This document shows positions 43,147 to 52,732 of a DNA stretch of 64,000 nt, in pieces (the stretch's first letter is position 1; each line of letters starts with the position of its first letter). Below the pieces are notes generated by a model. It was not told the DNA's origin, searched no databases, and saw only the letters and a program-made list of their open reading frames with translations. A program made the translations under genes and the position numbers. The stretch covers positions 25,658 to 89,657 of the forward strand of contig DASYMJ010000043.1 of NCBI GenBank assembly GCA_036009105.1. Reading direction: 5' to 3'. Source of the DNA: Thermoanaerobaculia bacterium (lineage in GTDB: Bacteria; Acidobacteriota; Thermoanaerobaculia; Gp7-AA8).

Positions 43147-45828
43147 TCACCGCAGCCCTTCCGCGACGTACAGGTCGTTGAGCACGCGCAGCGCGTTGTA
43201 CGCGTAGGCGCCCGCGTCGGGCGTGATCAGCACCGGCGCGATCTTGTACACGCCCGCCGGATCGGGCGGCGTGAACTGCTTCCACGGCTCGCGCGCGCCG
43301 GTGGCGGGCGTGATGCGCACGACCTGCGCGGGAAGGGCGGTGGGGCGGTAGACGAAGAGCGACTGCGCGTCCGGCGACCAGGCGATCGGCACCTCGCCCT
43401 TCTCGCTGCCGTGCACCGGCAACGGCTGCGCGCTGCCGTCGATGGAGTAGAGGGCGATCGTCTCCTGCGCGGTCATGCCCGCCACCGAGCGGCCATCCGG
43501 CGACACGGCGAAGGGCCGCATCGTCCCGCCCCAGATGCCTTCCGGCGTGACCGGCCTGAGCGTCTCATCGAGCGTGTCGACGAGCAGCAGGCGGTAGCCG
43601 CCGTTCGGCAGCGCGCCGGCGATCACCGCGCGCCGCGAGTCGGGCAGCCAGGCCGCGCCGTTGTCGAAGGCGCCGGCGACCTTCAGCTCGCGCGCCTCGC
43701 CCGGGCCGGTGGGGAGCAGCGTGAGCTTCGCGCCGGCATGGGCGAGCACCCATTTGCCGTCCGGCGAGAGCGCGTCGCCGAAGCCGTCGCCGAGGCGGAT
43801 GGGGGTCGCTTCGCCGGCCCGGCGGAGGAAGACCGCGTTGCGCGCGCCGCCTCCCTCGCGCGTCTCGTTGAAGAGGATGGTCCGGCCGTCCGGCGCGATG
43901 TCGGTCAGGATCGACCAGTCGAGCCACGACACGTCGCGCTCGGTCGCCTCGCCCGGCGGCTGATAGAGCAGCGCGGCGCGCGGCATGCCGTTGGAGAGCA
44001 GGGCCCGGCCGGCGGGGGAGAGGTCGTACAGCTTCATCGCGCCGGTGAGGCGGTTGACCAGTCGCGTGTCGCCGTCGAGCGTCACCGCGTATAGCGCGGG
44101 CGGGCCGCCGCTGTCGCTGCCGGTGACCCAGACTTCCCTGCTATCCGGCGACCAGGCCAGGCCGCTCGCGCCGCGGCTCCAGCCGCTGCCGATGGTGGAC
44201 GGCTGATGCCCGATTTCCAGCGTGCCGATGACGAACTGCCCGCGCAGCTGTTCGATGAACGCGATGCGCTTGCCGTCCGGCGAGAGGCGCAGGTCGTTGA
44301 TGTAGTGCGGCGTCTCGTACTGCACCCGGCCGATGGGGTACTCGATCCGGTTGCGCCCCTGCGTCTGGCGGATGATGGCCAGCGAGCCATCGGAGGCCCA
44401 ATCCGCCTGCAATACGTCGTTCGCCACTTCGCGCGGCGTGCCACCCGCCAGCGGCACGCGGGCGAGGGTGCCGAGGTTGCTGAAGCGGTCGCGGTGGAGC
44501 AGGACGGCCAGCTCCGTCGATTTGGAGATGGCCAGCACCTCGGCGTCCGGGATGCCCAGCGTGCGCGCCTCCGGCGAGTTGCGGTTCCCGACGAAGACCT
44601 CCGGCGGCTGCCCGTCCCACGCGGCGCTGTAGACGATGGTGTCGCCGTCCGGCGCGAAGCGCGCGCCGCGCAGAGTGCCGCGGCGGAAGGTGAGGCGATT
44701 GAAGGCCACGTCGCCCGCCTGCTCGCGGCCATGGTTCGCATACCACCAGCCGCCCCACGCCGCGCCGGCGATGGAGACGAGGAAGAGCAACGCCATGAGC
44801 AGCGGCGAGACGCCGCGGCGTCTCTTGACCGGCTGCAGCGCGGTGCGGGCGCGCGTCTGCATGGTTTGCGGCGTGGCGGAAGTGATGGCGGGCGATGAGC
44901 TGGTGGCGCCGGTCATGGCCGGGCGGCGTTGCGTTGCGGTGTGCGCCGCCGGCGCGATGCCGCTGGCGGTCATGCTGTTCGCCGAGGAGAGCGTCTCCAG
45001 GTTGAAGGCGAGGTCGCGCGCGTTCTGGAAGCGCTGCTCCCGGTCCTTCTCCAGGCAGCGGCGGGTCAGGCGCTCCAGCGCCGTCGGCACGGTCGGCATC
45101 ACCACCGCGATGTCTTCCGGCTCTTCCTTGAGGATGGCGCTGAGCGTCTCGATGGAGGAGTTGCGGCTGAATGCGCGCTTGCCGCACAGCATCTCGTAGA
45201 GGATGGCCCCGAAGGCGAAGATGTCGCTGCGGTAGTCCACCACCTCGCCGCGCACCTGCTCGGGCGACATGTAGCCCACCGTGCCCAGGACCATGCCCGG
45301 CTCGGTGGCGGCCATCTGGAAGGTGGGGCCGTCGCCGGCGCCGGCCCGCGCGCTCAGCTTGGCGATGCCGAAGTCGAGGATCTTCACCCGGCCGTCGCGG
45401 GTGAGGAAGATGTTCTCCGGCTTGAGGTCGCGGTGGACGACCCCTTTCTCGTGCGCGGCGGCCAGGCCGCTGGCTATCTGCAGCCCGAGCTCCACCGCTT
45501 TGCGGGCCGGCACCGGGCCGCGGTTGATCCGGTCGCGCAACGTCTCCCCTTCCAGCAGCTCGCTGACGATGAACGGCGTGCCGGAGGCGTTGCCGATGTC
45601 GTAGATGGTGAGCAGGTTGGGATGGTTGAGCATCCCGGTGGCGCGCGCTTCCTGCACGAAGCGGGTGAGGCGCTCGCGGTCGTCCATGGTGACCGCGGTC
45701 AAAATCTTGACCGCGACGTCGCGCCCCAGCCGGGTGTCTTTCGCGCGGTAGACGGCGCCCATTCCGCCTTCGCCGAGCAGCGTCGCGATCCGGTACGGAC
45801 CGAGAAGGGCACCTTCCGTCAAGGGCAT
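43147..45828 (-). CDS. Ser/Thr protein kinase with transmembrane segment and C-terminal TolB-like beta-propeller
   Basis: Hanks kinase motifs are GEGGMGAVYRA, VAVK, HRDLKPENIFL, DFGIA and GTVGYMSPE. The TM helix is PLLMALLFLVSIAGAAWGGWWY. The C-terminal ~500 aa carry propeller repeats (SPDG). Confidence 0.9.
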   Translation of the reverse strand: MPLTEGALLGPYRIATLLGEGGMGAVYRAKDTRLGRDVAVKILTAVTMDDRERLTRFVQEARATGMLNHPNLLTIYDIGNASGTPFIVSELLEGETLRDRINRGPVPARKAVELGLQIASGLAAAHEKGVVHRDLKPENIFLTRDGRVKILDFGIAKLSARAGAGDGPTFQMAATEPGMVLGTVGYMSPEQVRGEVVDYRSDIFAFGAILYEMLCGKRAFSRNSSIETLSAILKEEPEDIAVVMPTVPTALERLTRRCLEKDREQRFQNARDLAFNLETLSSANSMTASGIAPAAHTATQRRPAMTGATSSSPAITSATPQTMQTRARTALQPVKRRRGVSPLLMALLFLVSIAGAAWGGWWYANHGREQAGDVAFNRLTFRRGTLRGARFAPDGDTIVYSAAWDGQPPEVFVGNRNSPEARTLGIPDAEVLAISKSTELAVLLHRDRFSNLGTLARVPLAGGTPREVANDVLQADWASDGSLAIIRQTQGRNRIEYPIGRVQYETPHYINDLRLSPDGKRIAFIEQLRGQFVIGTLEIGHQPSTIGSGWSRGASGLAWSPDSREVWVTGSDSGGPPALYAVTLDGDTRLVNRLTGAMKLYDLSPAGRALLSNGMPRAALLYQPPGEATERDVSWLDWSILTDIAPDGRTILFNETREGGGARNAVFLRRAGEATPIRLGDGFGDALSPDGKWVLAHAGAKLTLLPTGPGEARELKVAGAFDNGAAWLPDSRRAVIAGALPNGGYRLLLVDTLDETLRPVTPEGIWGGTMRPFAVSPDGRSVAGMTAQETIALYSIDGSAQPLPVHGSEKGEVPIAWSPDAQSLFVYRPTALPAQVVRITPATGAREPWKQFTPPDPAGVYKIAPVLITPDAGAYAYNALRVLNDLYVAEGLR

Positions 45829-47129
45829 GAAGGGCTGATTGTAAGTCCTCTCTGAATGACCATCACGATGGAGCGCGTGTTTGCGATGTTCTCCAGCGGA
45901 TTCCTTTCCAGCAGGATGAGGTCCGCCCGCAGCCCTGCTTTCACCGCGCCAAACTCCTTCTCTTTCTTCAGCGCGTGCGCGGCGTTGCTGGTGGCGATGC
46001 GGATGACTTCCAGCGGTTTGATGCCGGCGTCGGTGAGCAGCTTCAGCTCGTCGTGCAGCGAGGCGCCGGGCACGATCCAGGGGGTGGGGGTGTCGGTGCC
46101 GGCGACGAGCAGCACGCCCTGGTCGTACATCCGCCTGGTCAGCTTCAGCAGGATCGGCCAGGCCTTCTGCGAGGCCGCGTACTGCTCGGCCGTCCAGCCG
46201 CTGGTGAAGCGTCCCGCCGGCCAGCCTTTGAGGATGCGCTCCGGCACCAGCTGGTTGTCCGGGTTCTTCGTGTAGCGCGGATCATCACCCCAGAACTTGG
46301 TGTGCATCGCCATGAGCGTCGGGTCGACCACGACCTGGTGCTTCGCCAGCTCGCCGATCATCTCGTCGATCTTCTTTTCATCGAGATGCTCGAGCCAGTA
46401 GACGCGCCCGAACATGCTCTCCGGCCAAGTCGCCTGATCCGCCTCTTTCACATACTCCACCGACCAGGGCGCCGGATGCTCCAGCCCATCGATCCCCAGC
46501 CGGGCCGCCTCCGTCCAGGTGGTCCGCTGCACGTGCCCGATGACGGGCAGCCCGTGCTTGTGCGCCTCGTCGATGGCCGCCCGGACCAGCTCCGGCGGCA
46601 TGGAGGAGTAGACCTTGATCGCATCCACCCCCGCCGCCGCCTGCCACCGCACCTCCTCCCGCACGGCCTCCTCGGTGCGCACGGTGACGAACGGCTCGGG
46701 GTTGAAGCTCGACGCATTCAGGATCCGCCCCGCGGTGAAGAGGCGGGGCCCCTCCAGCTTCCCTTCCTGCAACAGCCTCCTCACCATGATCGCGTCCCCG
46801 GTCTCCGAGCCCGGATCGCGGATGGTGGTGACGCCCAGCTGCACGAACGTCTTCAGCATCTGCCGCACGGACGGCCTGTCCCACCGCGCTTCCAGCTCCC
46901 CCTTCTCGTTCCACGGATGGGTGAGCAGATGCACGTGCATGTCGACCAGGCCGGGGATGACGTACTTGCCCCGCGCATCGATGACGCGCGCGCCCTTCGG
47001 CCGCGCGCACTTTGCGGCGACGCAGACGATGCGCTCGCCATCGATGACGACCTCCGCCTTGCGCGGCGGCGCGCCGGTGCCGTCGATCACGGTGGCGCCG
47101 GAGAGGACGAGGGCGGCGAGGAGGTGCAT
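45819..47129 (-). CDS. Amidohydrolase family protein (metal-dependent, imidazolonepropionase/Xaa-Pro-dipeptidase-like fold)
   Basis: PGLVDMHVHL (HxH metal site) is present, with a later His and an Asp (GTDTP). Start is placed at the internal ATG (MHLLAALVLSG, signal-like). The gene overlaps the kinase start by 10 nt. Confidence 0.75.
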   Translation of the reverse strand: MHLLAALVLSGATVIDGTGAPPRKAEVVIDGERIVCVAAKCARPKGARVIDARGKYVIPGLVDMHVHLLTHPWNEKGELEARWDRPSVRQMLKTFVQLGVTTIRDPGSETGDAIMVRRLLQEGKLEGPRLFTAGRILNASSFNPEPFVTVRTEEAVREEVRWQAAAGVDAIKVYSSMPPELVRAAIDEAHKHGLPVIGHVQRTTWTEAARLGIDGLEHPAPWSVEYVKEADQATWPESMFGRVYWLEHLDEKKIDEMIGELAKHQVVVDPTLMAMHTKFWGDDPRYTKNPDNQLVPERILKGWPAGRFTSGWTAEQYAASQKAWPILLKLTRRMYDQGVLLVAGTDTPTPWIVPGASLHDELKLLTDAGIKPLEVIRIATSNAAHALKKEKEFGAVKAGLRADLILLERNPLENIANTRSIVMVIQRGLTISPSCP

Positions 47130-47198
47130 GGGGGCGTATTGTCGCCCGTGGCGGGGCCGCTGCTCGACAATCGGGAGCGCGGAGTAAAATGACAATCG

Positions 47199-47426
47199 AT
47201 GGCGCGCGATCTCAAGGAACTGATCGGAGAGGCGGCGGAGTTGCCGGAGTCCGACCGAGCGACATTGGCGGGTGCCATGCTCGAAAGTCTCGATCCTGCG
47301 CCGAGCGCAGAGGTGAAGGCAGCGTGGTCGAGAGAGATCGAGCGGCGGGTCCGCGAAATTGATGACGGTACCGTCGAGCTGATCGACTGGGACGATGTCC
47401 GCGCGGAGCTGTTTGCCGACGAATGA
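47199..47426 (+). CDS. Putative addiction-module antitoxin (CHP02574/Unstable_antitox-like family)
   Basis: 75 aa. The LPESDRATLAGAMLESL...REIDDGTVELIDWDDVRAEL pattern matches the putative addiction module component family. The stop overlaps the toxin ATG. Confidence 0.65.
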   Translation: MARDLKELIGEAAELPESDRATLAGAMLESLDPAPSAEVKAAWSREIERRVREIDDGTVELIDWDDVRAELFADE

Positions 47427-47690
47427 GGGTGAAGTTTCACCCCGAGGCGCGGGTCGATCTCAAAGAAGGGAAGGCTTCTATCGCCATCGCAGTCCGCTCG
47501 CGGCGGTCGCTTTCGCGCACCAGATCGAAGCGGCGCTGTCCGATATCCGGCAGGTGAGTACGGGACCCGTGAGCACGTGCTTTCTTCACACTTCCCGTAC
47601 ACGATCGTCTATCGACTGCGCAATGACCTCATCGTAGTCGTTGCGGTTGCGCACCACAGCCGTGACCGCGGCTATTGGCATCATCGATAG
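47423..47690 (+). pseudogene. ParE/RelE-family toxin gene disrupted by two single-nucleotide deletions (frameshifts)
   Basis: The protein reads MRVKFHPEARVDLKEGKA in frame 1, FYRHRSPLAAVAFAHQIEAALSDIRQ...FLHT in frame 2 and FPYTIVYRLRNDLIVVVAVAHHSRDRGYWHHR in frame 3. Restoring one T at each CTTTC to CTTC site (ggcttctat; acacttcccg) gives a continuous 89-aa ParE-like protein. Confidence 0.65.
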
Positions 47691-47706
47691 CCGCACCGCG
47701 CGGCCC

Positions 47707-49464
47707 CTAAGCCGCCACCGCGTCGCTTCTTGCGCTCTGCTCGCGCCAGAGCGCCGCATACAACCCGCCCTCCCCCAGCAGCGAGGTGTGCGTGCCCGTC
47801 TCCACCACCCGCCCCTTGGCCAGCACGTAGATGTGTTGGGCGTGTTGGATGGTGGAGAGGCGGTGGGCCACGAGCACCGTCATGCGGCGGTGCTGGCCGG
47901 AGGTGAGGCCGCGGATCGTTTCGGTGATGGCGCGCTCGGTGATGGAGTCGAGGCTGGAGGTCGCCTCGTCGAAGATCATCAGCTCCGGCTGGCGGAGCAG
48001 GGCGCGGGCGATGGCCAGGCGCTGGCGCTCGCCGCCGGAGATCTTGATCCCCCCCTCGCCGATCTTGGTGTCGAGGCCTTTGCCGCCGCGCTCGATGATG
48101 GGGAGGGCGGAGGCCTGGCGCAGCACCTCGATGCACTCGGCGTCGCTGGCGCGGGGGTTCACGAAGAGGAGGTTGTCGCGGATGGTGCCGGCGAAGAGCT
48201 GCGTGTCCTGCGTGACCAGTCCGATGCGGGCGCGCAAGGCGTCGGGGTCGATGAGCGAGGCGTCGGTCTCATTGACGGCGAGCTGGCCGGAGGTCGGCTG
48301 ATAGAGGCCGACCAGCAGCTTGACCAGCGAGGTCTTCCCGGAGCCGGACGGGCCGACGAACGCCACCGTGTCTCCCGCCTCGATGTGCAGGTTCACCCCT
48401 TCCAGGGAGGGGGTCGAGGCGGACGGATAGGTGAAGGAGACGTCGAGGAAATCCACCGACGTCAGCGGGCCGAGGGGAACGGGCTGGGCCGGCTTCGGCG
48501 CGGGCTCGATCTCCAGCACCTCCTCCAGCTTCTCCATGCTCGCCTTCGCCTCCTGGTACTGCGCAATGATCGCCCCCAGCTCGGCCAGCGGCGAGAAGAC
48601 GGCGAACGAATAGAAGAAGAGCGAGAAGAACTGCCCCAGGGTGATGGCGTGGCTGTAATTGAGCCACAGCATGAGGAACAGCAGCCCGGCGCGCGTGGTG
48701 TTGATGGTCGTCCCCTGCAGGAACGAATAGAAGCGGAGGAAGCGCACCTTCTTCAGCTCCAGATCGAGGATCTGGGCATTGACGGAATTGAGGCGCGCGA
48801 TCTCCTGCCCTTCCAGCCCCAGCGACTTGACCAGCTCCACGTTGCGCAGCGTTTCCGTGGTGGCGCCGGCCAGCTCCGCGGTCTGGGTCACGATCACCCG
48901 CTGCTGCGTCTTGATGCGCCGGCTGATGTAGAACATGAGCGTCCCCAGCACCGGCGCCAGCAGCAGGTAAACGAGGCCGATCGACCAGTGCACCGTGAAG
49001 GCGTAGACGGTCACGAACAACAGCCCCACCAGCGAGACGAACACCATGTTGATGAAGTTGGTGATGAGCGACTGCGCGTCCGACCGCGCCTTCTGCATCT
49101 TCTGCAGGATCTCGCCCGAGCGCTGGTCTTCGAACACGGAGTAGGGCAACGAGAACGAGTGCGAGACGCTCCGCTCGTACAGCTGCGCGCCGACGCGCTG
49201 GGCGATCACGTTGACGGAGTAGTCCTGGAAGTTCTTGGCGATGCGGGAGACCAGCGCCACGCCGACGTACGCCAGCAGGAGGAGCAGCACGCCGTGCACG
49301 AACTCCTGGCGGGTGAGGTAGGCCACCTTCGTCGCGTAGCGGTCGACGATCAGCCGGAAGACCTGCGGGTCGAGCAGGGAGAAGACCTGGTTGATGGTGG
49401 CCAGGACCAGGGCGCCGGTGAGGAGGCGCTTTTGGCGGGAGAGGTAGTGGGCGAGCAACTGCAT
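47707..49464 (-). CDS. ABC exporter, fused permease/ATP-binding protein (MsbA-like type I exporter)
   Basis: Six TM helices precede the NBD. Walker A is GPSGSGKTS, the signature is ISGGERQRLAIARAL, and Walker B is LMIFDEATSSLD. Confidence 0.9.
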   Translation of the reverse strand: MQLLAHYLSRQKRLLTGALVLATINQVFSLLDPQVFRLIVDRYATKVAYLTRQEFVHGVLLLLLAYVGVALVSRIAKNFQDYSVNVIAQRVGAQLYERSVSHSFSLPYSVFEDQRSGEILQKMQKARSDAQSLITNFINMVFVSLVGLLFVTVYAFTVHWSIGLVYLLLAPVLGTLMFYISRRIKTQQRVIVTQTAELAGATTETLRNVELVKSLGLEGQEIARLNSVNAQILDLELKKVRFLRFYSFLQGTTINTTRAGLLFLMLWLNYSHAITLGQFFSLFFYSFAVFSPLAELGAIIAQYQEAKASMEKLEEVLEIEPAPKPAQPVPLGPLTSVDFLDVSFTYPSASTPSLEGVNLHIEAGDTVAFVGPSGSGKTSLVKLLVGLYQPTSGQLAVNETDASLIDPDALRARIGLVTQDTQLFAGTIRDNLLFVNPRASDAECIEVLRQASALPIIERGGKGLDTKIGEGGIKISGGERQRLAIARALLRQPELMIFDEATSSLDSITERAITETIRGLTSGQHRRMTVLVAHRLSTIQHAQHIYVLAKGRVVETGTHTSLLGEGGLYAALWREQSARSDAVAA

Positions 49465-49471
49465 CGCGCGA

Positions 49472-51106
49472 TTATCTCCCCCCGAAAACCACGCTGAAGA
49501 AATCGCCTTCCTTCCACTCCGGGCGGGTCGGCGCGTTGGCCACCTCCAGCCCGAGGCGGAAATTCGTCTCCGCGTAGCGCGCGCCGGAGGGGTAGTCGAT
49601 CTTCTGGGAGAGGTCGTCGTGCACGGTGTGGTAGACGGTGCGCAGCCACTCCCGCGAGACCTTCTCCCCGTCGATGGCCGGATCGCTGCTCTTCGGGCCG
49701 GCCTTGAGGTGGATGGCCGGGATGCCCTTCTTCACGAAGGAGTACTGGTCGCTGCGGATGAAGCGCACCTCTTCCGGCTGCGGATCGGGGCTGATGGTGA
49801 AGCCCGTCGCCTCCGCCGCGCGGCGCGCCGCGTCGCCGAGGGTGGTGTGCTCGCCGCCGAGGGCGACCAGGTCCGCGACCGGGTAATGCATCTGGAACAT
49901 GTCCATGTTGATGTCCGCCACGATGGAGGACGGCGGCACGGTGGGGTACTGGGCGAAGAACTCCGAGCCCTGCTCGCCTTTCTCCTCGCCCGTGACGGCG
50001 ACGAAGAGCACCGAGCGGGCGGGCGCCTTCGGCAGCGAGGCGAAGGCGCGGGCGATCTCCAGCAGCGCGGCGATGCCCGAGCCGTTGTCCAGCGCGCCGT
50101 TGTAGATGTGGTCCGCGCCGCTGCCGTGCGCGCCGAGGTGGTCGAGGTGGGCGGTGTAGAGGACGTATTCGTCGCGGCGCTGCTCGTCGCTGCCGCGCAG
50201 CACGCCCGCCACGTTCTTGCTGGTCACCACCTCGAAGCTGGTCTCCGTGTGCGCCGAGAGCGTGCCGTGCAGCGGGAAGGAATGGGCGGTGCCTTTCTCG
50301 GCGTCGTCGAGCACCTGGTCGAGCGTGAGCGGCGTCCCCACGAACAGCTTCGCCGCGGTCTCGCGGCTGAGCAGCGCCTCGACCTTCAGCCGCGGCTCGA
50401 CGTCCGCCGGGTTGTCGTCGTGATCGAGATAGCGCATGGAGGCGATGTTCGTCTGGCGCGAGGTCTTCTCGAACGGGAAGCGCCGCTCGTCGGTGATGCT
50501 TTTCACGCTGATCAGCCCCACCGCGCCGCGCTTCGCCGCCGCCGCTTCCTTCATCTCCGTCGCCGAATAAAGGGCGCGCTGGTCGACCGGGAAGGTCACC
50601 GGCGCGCCGGTGACGACGAGCACGATCTTCCCCTTCACGTCGAGCTTCGCATAGTCATCGTGCTCGAGCTCCGGCGCGGAAATGCCGAAGCCGGCGAAGA
50701 CCACCGGCGCCGAAACCTCCGAAGAAGCGTCGGCGAAGTAGGGGCGGATGAGGATGTCCTTGCGGTGCTCCAGCTTCGTGGTCGTGCCGCCGTCGCGGAG
50801 GGTGAAGGAGCACTTTTCGGGGACGAGCTGCGCGGAGCGGAAGCGGATGGGCTGGAACCAGCTGCCTTCGCTGCCGGCGGGCTCGAGGCCGAGGGCCATC
50901 AGCTTCGCGGCGACGTACGCGGCGGCGACGTCGTAGCCGCGCGAGCCGGTCTCGCGGCCTTCCAGGACGTCGTCCGCCAGGAAGCGGATGTGGGACTCGA
51001 TGGCGCGCGGCTCGATGGCCGGCAATTCCGCGCCGACGGCGGGCGCGGCGAGCAGGAAGATGAGGGGGAGTATGGACTTACGCACGGACGGGACAGTGTA
51101 GTGCAA
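49472..51106 (-). CDS. M28 family zinc peptidase with PA domain, secreted
   Basis: It has a signal peptide. M28 ligand regions are HLDHLGAHGSGADHIYNGALDNGSGIAALLEIA, VTGEEKG and HTVHDD. Confidence 0.85.
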   Translation of the reverse strand: MHYTVPSVRKSILPLIFLLAAPAVGAELPAIEPRAIESHIRFLADDVLEGRETGSRGYDVAAAYVAAKLMALGLEPAGSEGSWFQPIRFRSAQLVPEKCSFTLRDGGTTTKLEHRKDILIRPYFADASSEVSAPVVFAGFGISAPELEHDDYAKLDVKGKIVLVVTGAPVTFPVDQRALYSATEMKEAAAAKRGAVGLISVKSITDERRFPFEKTSRQTNIASMRYLDHDDNPADVEPRLKVEALLSRETAAKLFVGTPLTLDQVLDDAEKGTAHSFPLHGTLSAHTETSFEVVTSKNVAGVLRGSDEQRRDEYVLYTAHLDHLGAHGSGADHIYNGALDNGSGIAALLEIARAFASLPKAPARSVLFVAVTGEEKGEQGSEFFAQYPTVPPSSIVADINMDMFQMHYPVADLVALGGEHTTLGDAARRAAEATGFTISPDPQPEEVRFIRSDQYSFVKKGIPAIHLKAGPKSSDPAIDGEKVSREWLRTVYHTVHDDLSQKIDYPSGARYAETNFRLGLEVANAPTRPEWKEGDFFSVVFGGR

Positions 51107-51126
51107 GGCGGTACACTACGCCCGCC

Positions 51127-52731
51127 TTGCGATTCTTCCTCCCTCTCTGGACCCTTCTCGCCGCCGTTGCTCTGATCCTCGACCTGGGCGGCTATCCGCT
51201 CCTCGATGCAGACGAGGGCCGCAACGGCGAGGTGGCGCGGGAGATGGCGGCCACGAACGACTACGTGATGCCGCGCATCGACGGCATGCCGTACCTGGAC
51301 AAGCCGATCGTCTACTTTGCGGCCGAGGCGGCGGCGATGGAGGTGCTGGGGCCGACCGCGGCCGCGGCGCGGTTGCCGGCCTGGTTCTTCACCGTCGCCA
51401 CCGCGGCGCTGGTGGGATGGTTCGCGCGGCGGGTGTGGGGTGGGGACTCGGGTTGGATCGCGGCCATCGCCTTGCTGTCCATGCCGCTGACCCTGGCCTT
51501 CGCCCGCACGGTGATCTTCGACAGCGCGCTGACGTTCTTCATCGGGGCGGCCATCATCGCGTTCTGGTTTGCGGTGGAGGAGCCGGCGCTGCGCTGGCGC
51601 GTCCTCGCTTGGGCGGCCATGGCCCTCGGTGTCTTGACGAAAGGCCCCGTGGCAATCGCCATTCCTTTGTTCGTGGCGATTCCCTACGCGATCTGGCGGA
51701 AGCGGTTCACGAAGTTGTGGTCGCTCACCGGCCTGGCCGCCTTCGCGCTGCTCATCGCGCCGTGGGTGTGGGCCGTGTCGCAGGTGGTGCCCGATTTTCT
51801 AAAGTACGTGCTGGTGACGGAGACCGCCGAGCGGATGGCCACCAGGGCGCTCAAGCGCACCGGCCCGCCGTGGTACTTCATCCCCTACCTGATCGGCGGC
51901 GCCTTGCCGTGGGCGCTCGCCCTCTTCCGGGAGAAGAAGCGCGAGCGGGACAACATCACCGTCTTTCTCATTCTGTGGATCGCCATCCCCTTCGTGTTCT
52001 TTTCCATCTCCCAGTCGAAACGGCCGCAGTACATCCTGCCGCTGATGCCGGCCGTGGCGTTGCTGGTGGCGCGCATGTGGCGCGGCGAACGGCGTGAGCC
52101 GGGCGCAAGAACGGCGGGCATCGCGATGGCGGTCCTGGGCGCGGTGGTGCTCATCGCACCGTTCTTCTTCCACCGCACGAAGATGAAGCCGGAGGTCGCC
52201 TCCGTCGCCGACGAAACCGCCTACGCGCTGGGCGCGTGCCTGCTCATCGGCGGCGTCGTGGCCATCGCGTTCGCGAAGCGCCGCGAGCTCACCATCGCCG
52301 CCCTCTCTCTGCCCATTCTGGCCATCCCCCTGGCCACGAACCCGCTGATGGGCGGCCTCGCCTCGCGACGCTCCGCCGCCTCGCTGATCGCCAAGCTGCA
52401 CATCGCGCCGAGCACCGAGGTGGTCGGCGTGGAGGCCTACACCGGCTCCATGCAGTTCTACCTCGGGCGGCCGATCATCGTGGCCACCGACGACGCGAGC
52501 GAGTTCACCTCCAACTACATCCTCCGCCACTACGCGCAGTTCGCGGCCGACCCGGGCTCGCCGGTCCGCCCCACCGCCTGGCTGCGCGCCACGCTGGACA
52601 AACCCGACCGGCTCTACTTCGTGCGCAACGACGACCGCCCCAACCGCGCGCTGCTCGAGTCGCGCGGCATGCGCCTCCTCGCCGAAGGGGCGCACTTCGT
52701 GGCGTACGAGCCGCATAGAATGGCCCGCTGA
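51127..52731 (+). CDS. ArnT/PMT-family (GT83/GT39) undecaprenyl-phosphate-sugar glycosyltransferase
   Basis: The N-terminal loop DADEGRNGEVAREM (DE motif) follows TM1. There are at least 10 TM helices and a C-terminal periplasmic domain. Confidence 0.8.
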   Translation: MRFFLPLWTLLAAVALILDLGGYPLLDADEGRNGEVAREMAATNDYVMPRIDGMPYLDKPIVYFAAEAAAMEVLGPTAAAARLPAWFFTVATAALVGWFARRVWGGDSGWIAAIALLSMPLTLAFARTVIFDSALTFFIGAAIIAFWFAVEEPALRWRVLAWAAMALGVLTKGPVAIAIPLFVAIPYAIWRKRFTKLWSLTGLAAFALLIAPWVWAVSQVVPDFLKYVLVTETAERMATRALKRTGPPWYFIPYLIGGALPWALALFREKKRERDNITVFLILWIAIPFVFFSISQSKRPQYILPLMPAVALLVARMWRGERREPGARTAGIAMAVLGAVVLIAPFFFHRTKMKPEVASVADETAYALGACLLIGGVVAIAFAKRRELTIAALSLPILAIPLATNPLMGGLASRRSAASLIAKLHIAPSTEVVGVEAYTGSMQFYLGRPIIVATDDASEFTSNYILRHYAQFAADPGSPVRPTAWLRATLDKPDRLYFVRNDDRPNRALLESRGMRLLAEGAHFVAYEPHRMAR

Positions 52732-52732
52732 C

